From the IMG/VR virus record IMGVR_UViG_3300024310_000019, positions 1 to 36,562 of that record: a stretch of 36,562 bases of DNA, one strand, 5' to 3'. The translations under genes and the position numbers were made by a program. The DNA is from a virus (Duplodnaviria; Caudoviricetes). Below are positions 1 through 6,508 of this stretch, piece by piece (position 1 is the stretch's first letter; every line of letters starts with the position of its first letter). The notes beneath the pieces are model-generated. The model ran no database searches, was not told where the DNA came from, and was given only the letters and a program-made list of their open reading frames with translations.

Positions 1-730
1 CGCCACTTATATCTGCCTGAATGGGTTGTACTTTGCTTTTGGCTGCTGACGATTGCATGTGCTTTTCGTAGGCTTCTAATACCCATCCACCTTTGCATAG
101 GCATAGATAGCAGCTGTCCTGAGTCTTTTTCTTCCTGCATAGGTAGTTACTTAGCTTATCGAGCATCCACTCGAGCTGCTCCGCACCATACAGATCGAGC
201 AGCTTGCCATGTTCCTCTTCAGTGAGATCCACCCTTTCACGATAAAAAATCTTAGGAGTGTGTGGAGCGTAAGCGCTCTCTTCTTGTTCTTTCTTTTTCT
301 TTCTTTTCTCTTCTTGATTGTGGCCCTTTGCTGGCCCTTTGCTGGCCCCTTGCTGGCCCTTTTGCTGGCCCTCATTTTCACAAAATGACTCTGTCAACCA
401 TCTGTAGACTGAAAACTTGCTGGTCGTTTTGCTGGCCACTTTTTCGAGCTTTTTTGCTTCAATGAGCTGAAACTGCTGGCCCCTAATCTCTTTATCTGTG
501 AGTCCAGTTTGCTCAGAACATATGGATCTTCCGAAGATAAATTCGAAAGGTTCGAGCTCAATTTCTTTGTGATCATGAAAAACTGTGCGTTTTTTGCAGC
601 TGCATCTTCCGAAACACCACCAGACAAACATTAGGCATTTCAAATGCCCTCCTCCCTTTCTTGGCTTAAACCACTCATGCTCGAGAAAGTATCTGGGGAT
701 AACGATAAACGGAAAATCTAGGTTAGACAT
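1..730 (-). CDS. Phage replication initiator (lambda O/DnaD-like), 3'-truncated at the window edge
   Basis: Not in the ORF track. Manual translation from ATG 730 (SD GAGGTG) is open to the edge: MSNLDFPFIVIPRYFLEHEWF...IELEPFEFIFGRSICSEQTGLTDKEIRG...LTEEEHGKLLDLYGAEQLEWMLDKLSNY; it contains iterons as O-type genes do. Confidence 0.85.
   Translation of the reverse strand, partial: MSNLDFPFIVIPRYFLEHEWFKPRKGGGHLKCLMFVWWCFGRCSCKKRTVFHDHKEIELEPFEFIFGRSICSEQTGLTDKEIRGQQFQLIEAKKLEKVASKTTSKFSVYRWLTESFCENEGQQKGQQGASKGPAKGHNQEEKRKKKKEQEESAYAPHTPKIFYRERVDLTEEEHGKLLDLYGAEQLEWMLDKLSNYLCRKKKTQDSCYLCLCKGGWVLEAYEKHMQSSAAKSKVQPIQADISG
277..483. repeat. Iterons plus polypyrimidine tract: putative replication origin inside the initiator gene
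   Basis: Tandem 11-12 bp (T)TTGCTGGCCC repeats at ~319-371, degenerate copies at 417-437 and 474-483, and an adjacent CT-rich tract at 277-315. Confidence 0.8.
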
Positions 731-771
731 TGGTCACCTCTTTTTTTTGTAGAGGTGCCGGAGGAAATGAC

Positions 772-875
772 TTGAGAATATATCCTAGGTATGATATAGT
801 GAGGATGTAAGAATCTCAAGTGTCCCGCCAGACACATCTGTTCAGCCCGAGTTAGTCGCTTGGGCTGTTCGTTTT
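772..875 (+). ncRNA. Antisense sRNA cassette A (promoter, ~70 nt RNA, terminator)
   Basis: TTGAGA(772)-N17-TATAGT(795) with TG extension; hairpin GTGTC/GACAC 820-835; stem CAGCCCGAG/CTTGGGCTG 843-867 followed by TTCGTTTT. Confidence 0.65.
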
Positions 876-932
876 CTACCCTATCACTTTCACCCGTTGA
901 AGTCCATGCTAGAATGCCTTGTGAGCTGATGC

Positions 933-1041
933 TTGAGTAAATACTTGTCATAGTGTATAGTGATCTTGTAATGGTCCTTCGTGAACTATGGCTATAGTTC
1001 CAAGGTGCAGCCCGGGTTCTTGACTCGGGCTGTTCTTTTTT
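933..1041 (+). ncRNA. Antisense sRNA cassette B
   Basis: TTGAGT(933)-N17-TATAGT(956); hairpin GAACTAT/ATAGTTC; stem CAGCCCGGGT/ACTCGGGCTG 1008-1032 followed by TTCTTTTTT. Confidence 0.7.
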
Positions 1042-1054
1042 ACTCCCAAACATA

Positions 1055-1372
1055 TCACTCACTAGCTTCCTCTTTCCCGTAGGTTGGGCAGAAGTAATAT
1101 ACTGTCTTGCTCTCTTCGTCTGAAGTCTCTATTGTGCAAACAGGCTTCACAAGAACATCAGAATCTGTTTCATGAGACACCAGGAACCCACGTTGCTCTA
1201 GAGTTCCGATCATGTCTATCAGGGGGACGTTATCCATGCTTTGGCTGATTACGATTGGGTTGTCTGTCATTGCGAATGACTTACAAACCATACGGTAAAC
1301 GTCTACCGCTGCACTTCCCCACGCCAATTTGATATGATCCATACAGGCATGGCAGTAGGCGATGTATTTCAT
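1055..1372 (-). CDS. Hypothetical protein (CxxC near N-terminus, possible winged helix)
   Basis: 105 aa ORF; start overlaps the upstream stop (ATGA). Confidence 0.7.
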   Translation of the reverse strand: MKYIAYCHACMDHIKLAWGSAAVDVYRMVCKSFAMTDNPIVISQSMDNVPLIDMIGTLEQRGFLVSHETDSDVLVKPVCTIETSDEESKTVYYFCPTYGKEEASE

Positions 1373-1617
1373 ATGAGCGCAACATAGATAGACTTTTCGT
1401 CTTTGTCATACTGTATTACACCGGCAGACGCGAGCTCCCTAAGGTGGTGGTTGAACTTGGCTTTAGATATGAGCAACTTTTCTGCAACGTCCCTTACATC
1501 TGACCGATACCTGCTATTATGGTCTCTATTCTCCCATAGAGTGATGTAGGTCTCCAATGCCTTGGGGCACATCTTAGCAATTGTTTTTAAAACAAATATT
1601 TGAATATTGTCGTTCAC
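1369..1617 (-). CDS. Winged helix-turn-helix DNA-binding protein
   Basis: VRDVAEKLLISKAKFNHHLRELASAGVIQY wHTH pattern; SD AGGAG before GTG. Confidence 0.75.
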   Translation of the reverse strand: MNDNIQIFVLKTIAKMCPKALETYITLWENRDHNSRYRSDVRDVAEKLLISKAKFNHHLRELASAGVIQYDKDEKSIYVALI

Positions 1618-1635
1618 GGACTCTCCTGTATTGTA

Positions 1636-1724
1636 TGGTATGATATAGCGGGAAAAAGGGAACTGTGGTATGCTGAGAGAAGTTTATGGCTCTCGTCGGG
1701 GGCCTGCAAGCCCTCGGCATCTTT
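1636..1724 (+). ncRNA. Antisense sRNA cassette C
   Basis: Extended -10 motifs TGgTATGAT (1636-1644) and TGgTATGCT (1666-1674); hairpin GAGAG/CTCTC; stem GTCGGGGGC/GCCCTCGGC 1695-1718 with G-U pairs valid only on +, followed by ATCTTT. Confidence 0.5.
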
Positions 1725-1743
1725 AAGTTTCCTTAATGAATCC

Positions 1744-1772
1744 TTTATACTAATTTCAAAAAATATTCGCAA
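1744..1772 (-). promoter_or_regulatory. sigma70-type promoter for the wHTH/replication genes
   Basis: TTGCGA-N17-TATAAA on the minus strand with AT-rich upstream sequence. Confidence 0.6.
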
Positions 1773-1909
1773 ACCATTTTTAAATTTAAATTCAAAAAAT
1801 ATGTGAGTTCTTGTATCCTTGAGTAAAATTCCATCGAGGTCTCATGAATACAGTCTTCAAAGAGCTTGTACACGCTCTCACACATGATCCAGAATTCGCA
1901 TTCACCTTC

Positions 1910-2239
1910 CTAGCCTTCACTCTTTTTTCCCTTTTCATAGTCGGTGCTTTTATTTGGGCAATACTTTGAGAGACGATTTTTTACCCTATTTTCTAGTCTT
2001 GGCCTACCTGCTTTTCTTGAACCTGGCAATCTCTCTTTTGGTTCTTCTGTCTCGTTGGTAGGCAGCATGTCCTTACAGGTGACAGCTCCTAACGTGGCAT
2101 TCTCTATCTTCAATGCGACACGCAATGTAGGTTCCTTGCCTGACATTACGTTGTGGATGGTCCCTAGAGATACTCCCGCTTTTGATGCGAAAAATGATAT
2201 CTTTGTGCCATTTGATAATAAATACTCTCTGAGCTTCAT
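1910..2239 (-). CDS. Cro-like (XRE/YdaS-type) HTH regulator with basic C-terminal tail
   Basis: MKLREYLLSNGTKISFFASKAGVSLGTIHNVMSGKEPTLRVALKIENATLGAVTCKDM; start revised to ATG 2239 with SD AGAGG. Confidence 0.85.
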   Translation of the reverse strand: MKLREYLLSNGTKISFFASKAGVSLGTIHNVMSGKEPTLRVALKIENATLGAVTCKDMLPTNETEEPKERLPGSRKAGRPRLENRVKNRLSKYCPNKSTDYEKGKKSEG

Positions 2240-2272
2240 GTGAGGCCTCTTTGCTTTTTTATGATTATCCTC

Positions 2273-2344
2273 TTGCGGAATATTATTCAATCCGCTATAT
2301 TTATGGATGTAAGCGATTGTAGCCTACAGAGTGAAAAACGTCAA
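2273..2344. promoter_or_regulatory. Face-to-face promoter pair with inverted-repeat operators
   Basis: + strand TTGCGG(2273)-N17-TATATT(2296); - strand TTGACG(2344)-N17-TACAAT(2321); IRs GCGGA-N11-TCCGC (2275-2295) and TGTAG-C-CTACA (2318-2328). Confidence 0.7.
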
Positions 2345-2362
2345 CATGTAACGGTAGGAAAT

Positions 2363-2566
2363 ATGCAAAATATGACAGAGATCGATGAAGTGATAGCCCT
2401 CTCAAGGATTATCAGTGTAAGGCTGGACAGGCTGTCTTCTGAAGAACAATATGACGTCACGCTACGTAACACCATGGAAATATATTCTTGGTACTACTAT
2501 AAGATGGAGAATGATTTAAAAGATATTTTTAAGAAAGGAGACGCAAATGTACGAAATGCTAGATAA
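2363..2566 (+). CDS. Hypothetical early protein
   Basis: Start likely ATG 2363 or 2372 after SD GGTAGGA; first gene of the + operon. Confidence 0.6.
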   Translation: MQNMTEIDEVIALSRIISVRLDRLSSEEQYDVTLRNTMEIYSWYYYKMENDLKDIFKKGDANVRNAR

Positions 2567-2840
2567 GGCCAGCAGAGATGATTATATCGCTCGTGAAATG
2601 TATGAGCGGAGAAAGATTATCCTAGATGAAGCTTCCCAGTATGTCCCACAACCTCTGTCGGAAGCACTCATTGACTTGCTAATCGCCGCTCATGACTGGG
2701 ATATACCAGAAGCAGATAAATTTATCAACTTGTTGCACCTAGAGGATAAAGACTGGGCTGCCCTTAAGGATGATAGACGCACCTACACCGATATACTAAA
2801 TCAGGAGGAATATGATGCAAGATCCATGTACTACGGATGA
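2547..2840 (+). CDS. Hypothetical protein
   Basis: 97 aa ORF with SD AAGGAG. Confidence 0.75.
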   Translation: MYEMLDKASRDDYIAREMYERRKIILDEASQYVPQPLSEALIDLLIAAHDWDIPEADKFINLLHLEDKDWAALKDDRRTYTDILNQEEYDARSMYYG

Positions 2841-3390
2841 GTTTCAAGGATGTACCAGGGTAACAACTGTGCTGGCTCCGTTCTCGGGGCTGGCCAATAT
2901 ACCTCTAAGCGTATTGAATAATGCGGCGGAGAGAGGCACTGTGGTGCATCGTATATGTGAGGGGTACATCATGGGTTATGGAGTATCTATACCAGATCAG
3001 TATAAGGGATATGTGGATAGCTTCTTACAGTGGTATGAGGGTAAGGACTTCCTGCCTAATCCAGGACGATTGTACGACAAGGTTAATATGATCACTGGTG
3101 AATGCGATGCCATATGGGATAGTGATGATGGCAATCACCTAGTAGACTTTAAGACATCTGTTCGAGAAGGAAAGACATGGCCTTTGCAGGGTGTGGCATA
3201 CAAAAACTTGCTAGAGTTAAATGGAATCTCTGTAGATAGAATTATATTTGTTAAACTAGATAAGAACGGTCTAGAACCAACGGTATACGAATACGACTAT
3301 GAACAGCATGAGGAGACATGGGCAAGATGCCTTAAGGTGTACAGAGACTTTTTTGATTGTAAGATCATCCCTTTCGAAGAAATTATTTAA
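2812..3390 (+). CDS. PD-(D/E)XK phage exonuclease (partner of Bet)
   Basis: RVTTVL...AAERGTVVH...GECD...LVDFKTS...QGVAY motifs; adjacent to the recombinase. Confidence 0.85.
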   Translation: MMQDPCTTDEFQGCTRVTTVLAPFSGLANIPLSVLNNAAERGTVVHRICEGYIMGYGVSIPDQYKGYVDSFLQWYEGKDFLPNPGRLYDKVNMITGECDAIWDSDDGNHLVDFKTSVREGKTWPLQGVAYKNLLELNGISVDRIIFVKLDKNGLEPTVYEYDYEQHEETWARCLKVYRDFFDCKIIPFEEII

Positions 3391-3402
3391 TTAGGTTTAA
3401 CA

Positions 3403-4182
3403 ATGAATGAATTAGTTGAGAATAAAAACACTGGACTTAATCAGTTCCCACAGGAGAAGATTGCACTTCTAAAGAGCACCATTTGCAAAGGAGCTAGTGA
3501 CTTGGAGCTGCAATTTTTTATCCATGTATGTGCTAAGACGGGACTAGATCCTTTCCTACGCCAGATATACTCTATACCACGTGGAGGCACTAGGACTATA
3601 CAGACGGGCATCGATGGCTATCGCGTTATAGCAGACCGTACAGGTCGCTATTCTCCTGGTAGGGATCCCGTGTATTCTTACGATGAGAAAGGTGGATTAT
3701 TATCAGCCACGGCGTACGTGAAGAAGATGACTCCTGATGGTGTATGGCATGACATATCAGCAACAGCATTCTGGGCTGAATACTCGGCCAAGACGTCCTT
3801 CTGGGATAAGATGCCACATAATCAGCTGGCTAAGTGTGCTGAAGCTCTAGCACTGCGTAAGGCATTCCCGGCAGAGTTATCGGGAATCTACACTGCTGAA
3901 GAGATGGACCAAGCTGACCATCCGGTCATTGAGGTGCAAAAACCTGTCAAAGCCATAGAGCCTAGCAGAGAGCATGTCAACAATGAGATGAGGATGTTCT
4001 TAGACCAATTCGATGCCAGGGATAAAGATCACATGAGAGAGTATCTTGAGAAGTATTCCAATCACTGGAAGAAGACATTATGGGAAGGGTTCTCAGAGTA
4101 TTCTAACGATCCAGAGAGATTTTGCAGGGACTTTAGTGTATGGAAGAATAAACACTATCCACAGACGAAGGAAGTTGTTTAG
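3403..4182 (+). CDS. bet: Phage recombination protein Bet (Red-beta/RecT family single-strand annealing protein)
   Basis: GLDPFLRQIY, GIDGYRVIADRTG, WDKMPHNQLAKCAEALALRKAFP, GIYTAEEM signatures. Confidence 0.93.
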   Translation: MNELVENKNTGLNQFPQEKIALLKSTICKGASDLELQFFIHVCAKTGLDPFLRQIYSIPRGGTRTIQTGIDGYRVIADRTGRYSPGRDPVYSYDEKGGLLSATAYVKKMTPDGVWHDISATAFWAEYSAKTSFWDKMPHNQLAKCAEALALRKAFPAELSGIYTAEEMDQADHPVIEVQKPVKAIEPSREHVNNEMRMFLDQFDARDKDHMREYLEKYSNHWKKTLWEGFSEYSNDPERFCRDFSVWKNKHYPQTKEVV

Positions 4183-4184
4183 AG

Positions 4185-4298
4185 GAAAGTGTCACGACGG
4201 GACTTATTGCCTGGCAGCATCCCGTCGTGGGTAGATACGAAGGTATCGTATCTGGGTGTAGATATACACATACTACCAAATACTATAAAAACTGTCAA
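4185..4298 (-). ncRNA. Antisense sRNA cassette D
   Basis: - strand TTGACA(4298)-N17-TAGTAT(4275) with TG extension; hairpin AGATACGA/TCGTATCT 4233-4253; perfect 10-bp stem CACGACGGGA/TCCCGTCGTG 4193-4229; U-tract weak. Confidence 0.6.
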
Positions 4299-4310
4299 CA
4301 TGGAGACGAT

Positions 4311-4508
4311 ATGATTGAATGGATACCAGCGGTAAGCATGTTTTTAGCTAGTGCCGCTCTAATATGTTGGTTTAGGCAAGAATCAAGATCAGATTATCGC
4401 CATATGGATGCTAAGATTGAAGCCAACTTGCAGGCGATTAGAGATGAAATGAAAGACTTTCACGGTCGTCTATGCGCCATAGAGGAAAGAAACAAAACTA
4501 AGGCTTAG
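4311..4508 (+). CDS. Small membrane-anchored coiled-coil protein (MKDFHGRLCAIEER type)
   Basis: ATG 4311 with SD GGAGA; N-terminal TM helix followed by coiled coil. Confidence 0.75.
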   Translation: MIEWIPAVSMFLASAALICWFRQESRSDYRHMDAKIEANLQAIRDEMKDFHGRLCAIEERNKTKA

Positions 4509-4683
4509 GACGCGTCTTCACTTCCACGTTGACCGTGACGTCTTTGTCTTTCTTGACGGCGTCACGATCAACTTTAACTACTATAGCATCGTCGGTCGCT
4601 ACATCATCTATAGCCTTGTACAGTTCAGGCATTGTTGCGCATCCACACGTTAGTGGAAGTAAGATCAGTAAAACAAATTTCAT
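4498..4683 (-). CDS. Putative small lipoprotein
   Basis: MKFVLLILLPLTCGC signal-like N-terminus with an imperfect lipobox. Confidence 0.6.
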   Translation of the reverse strand: MKFVLLILLPLTCGCATMPELYKAIDDVATDDAIVVKVDRDAVKKDKDVTVNVEVKTRPKP

Positions 4684-4880
4684 GAAGGCCACCGACATGG
4701 GAAACTGCCACCATCAGGACCTTGTACCCCACGGATATATTCTCTCTTAGCACGATCTCTATCCAATCTTTCTTGAACAGCTAATACATGCTCAAAGTGT
4801 GTTTGCATCATAGGGTTAGTGCCGAACTGGAATTGTTCGTGACGATGTTCGTATCCGTCTCTCTTAAATGGATCTCTCAT
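4680..4880 (-). CDS. Hypothetical protein
   Basis: 66 aa; ATGA overlaps at both ends. Confidence 0.65.
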   Translation of the reverse strand: MRDPFKRDGYEHRHEQFQFGTNPMMQTHFEHVLAVQERLDRDRAKREYIRGVQGPDGGSFPCRWPS

Positions 4881-5056
4881 TGCAGCTCTTCCTTTAATAT
4901 GTCTACGATTGCGTCTATTATCATCTCCTTGGAAATGCCATCCTTGAGATAATCCTTATGGATAAGTTCGATAACATCTCTCATGGAATCCAAAAGGGAT
5001 ACGGCATGGTCTAAGTCACATTTCCCATTGAACATCTGCAGAAATTCACTTAACAT
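4877..5056 (-). CDS. Hypothetical protein (59 aa)
   Basis: Manual translation [59 protein letters not shown]; SD GAGGGG; below the track cutoff. Confidence 0.7.
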   Translation of the reverse strand: MLSEFLQMFNGKCDLDHAVSLLDSMRDVIELIHKDYLKDGISKEMIIDAIVDILKEELQ

Positions 5057-5207
5057 TCTTACCCCTCTTCTTAGGTATGTGTGCGCCTGATTTTCTTGCT
5101 TGGTTTAGAGCTGCGGCAATCGCCTGCTTAGGAGGATGGCCAGAACTTTCCATTTCTTTTATATTTTCACCGATCACTTTTCGGCTTTTACCTTTGTGTA
5201 GAGGCAT
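5046..5207 (-). CDS. Small basic phage protein (MPLxKGKS...KQAIAAAL type, 53 aa)
   Basis: Manual translation [53 protein letters not shown]; TAATG coupling to the upstream gene. Confidence 0.8.
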   Translation of the reverse strand: MPLHKGKSRKVIGENIKEMESSGHPPKQAIAAALNQARKSGAHIPKKRGKNVK

Positions 5208-5965
5208 TATGCAAACCTTATTCCTGTTACGTTTAAATTTCTTGTTGCTATACTTCCATTGTCAATCTGCACTAAATTTCCTGAACCGGCAAAAGCTACA
5301 GTGCCCGGGTTGCTATCTAGAGTGACAACATTAAATCCTCCTACACCATTTCCTAAGTACATGGCTACAGCATGAAAATTGTTGTCAGGAGTAGAATTGT
5401 TTGTTGACAGCATGAACATCCATTGGCTCTCTGCTATAAGTGCGGTAACATTCTCTAGCAGTCCTGCGTGGCTAACAAAGTTGGGCAAATTGAAAGTTCT
5501 GAAAGCACCTTTAGCTGTTATTTGAGCTACATTTTCAGTTGTATCGGAGAATGAAAATCCTCCAAGGAAAAATCCAGACAATTGTAGGCTTAACGTGTTT
5601 CCTGATGCAACAGTGACGACACCTAGATTAGCAGCTCCAGTGATATTCAGGTTGCCAGATGGCTCAGGAACTGCTGTTCCTATATTACCAGTTACCTCCG
5701 ATACAGCACTGCCGGTAGCGGCTATCCTAGTCCATGTTGCAGTGTTGTTTCCATTGTACTGAGATAGACACCACAGGTGCCCGTTAGACGTATTTGTCCA
5801 CAAGCTTCCTATAGGGTATTTACCTTGTTGTTCTTTTGGACGTATATCATTTATGGTGGGATCACGACTACGTAGGTATGAAGGGGTAAACCGATAATCT
5901 TGACCTAGGTATCTAGTGACATTTCTATAGCTATCCGAGGCTGTCGATCCACTGCCAGCTGTCAT
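5207..5965 (-). CDS. Tail fibre/virion appendage protein
   Basis: RDPTxND...YPIGSLWxN module shared with 11146-13611; beta-rich G/S/T/N composition. Confidence 0.7.
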   Translation of the reverse strand: MTAGSGSTASDSYRNVTRYLGQDYRFTPSYLRSRDPTINDIRPKEQQGKYPIGSLWTNTSNGHLWCLSQYNGNNTATWTRIAATGSAVSEVTGNIGTAVPEPSGNLNITGAANLGVVTVASGNTLSLQLSGFFLGGFSFSDTTENVAQITAKGAFRTFNLPNFVSHAGLLENVTALIAESQWMFMLSTNNSTPDNNFHAVAMYLGNGVGGFNVVTLDSNPGTVAFAGSGNLVQIDNGSIATRNLNVTGIRFA

Positions 5966-6028
5966 GTCTATCCAAAATCTTGATTATGTTCTAAGATGCT
6001 CGTAACCGAAACTTTTAAGGATGGTACA

Positions 6029-6235
6029 ATGAAAAAGTATATTTTATTCCTAATATTGTCAACTTTCTCTGTTAATGCTGAAGAGATGAGCCCTGACGAG
6101 TATGCCTGGAGGTATCGACAAAGTGGAATACCAGGATATTTCATTTGTTACATGGGGCATATTTTTGAGGTGACTGATATATCCCATGCAGAGTGTTGCC
6201 CTTGTGGGAATGATATGTATAAAGACTCTAGATGA
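6029..6235 (+). CDS. Small secreted Cys/His protein, moron-like and opposite to the late operon
   Basis: Sec-type signal MKKYILFLILSTFSVNA; HAECCPC motif; SD AAGGA. Confidence 0.7.
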   Translation: MKKYILFLILSTFSVNAEEMSPDEYAWRYRQSGIPGYFICYMGHIFEVTDISHAECCPCGNDMYKDSR

Positions 6236-6344
6236 GTTAATTAGCTCATTACCACATTTAAGTGGTGTCCTAGGGTTTATCCTCTTGCGCTTAGACGAAT
6301 CTAGATCTGGGATATTGCGCCATCAAGTTTAAATGCAATATCTT

Positions 6345-6460
6345 GTTAAAATTCCTGCCTTTTTGCGAACAGGTGGCAGGAGACCCTGTCAATAGTAAAA
6401 TCAAATAGGGCATTTGAAAATACGCCAGGGAGTCGCTCTCACTACTTGCCCCTCCCTGGT
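6345..6460 (-). terminator. Tandem terminator-like hairpins after the fibre gene
   Basis: Stems CCAGGGAG/CTCCCTGG (6425-6459) and TCCTGCC/GGCAGGA (6353-6381), each followed by a T-rich run on the minus strand. Confidence 0.55.
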
Positions 6461-6508
6461 ATATGAAAGACATTATTGTGCATTCTCTCGATGAAATTTT
6501 ATCATATG

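Noticed and set aside
319-371. Short repeats as a CRISPR array
   Set aside because: Tandem 11-12 bp units without spacers; no cas genes
151-627. Track ORFs 151-381, 394-627 and 262-465
   Set aside because: Out-of-frame or antisense shadows of the initiator ORF starting at 730
718-1062. 114-aa minus-strand ORF
   Set aside because: Protein looks unstructured and the region is explained by two promoter-terminator units; it overlaps the upstream stop, so translation cannot be fully excluded
5970-5995. Second dif-like site around TTATGTT
   Set aside because: Lacks the ATAA XerC half-site at the correct spacing
6291-6473. 60-aa minus-strand ORF
   Set aside because: No clear SD; overlaps stacked hairpins
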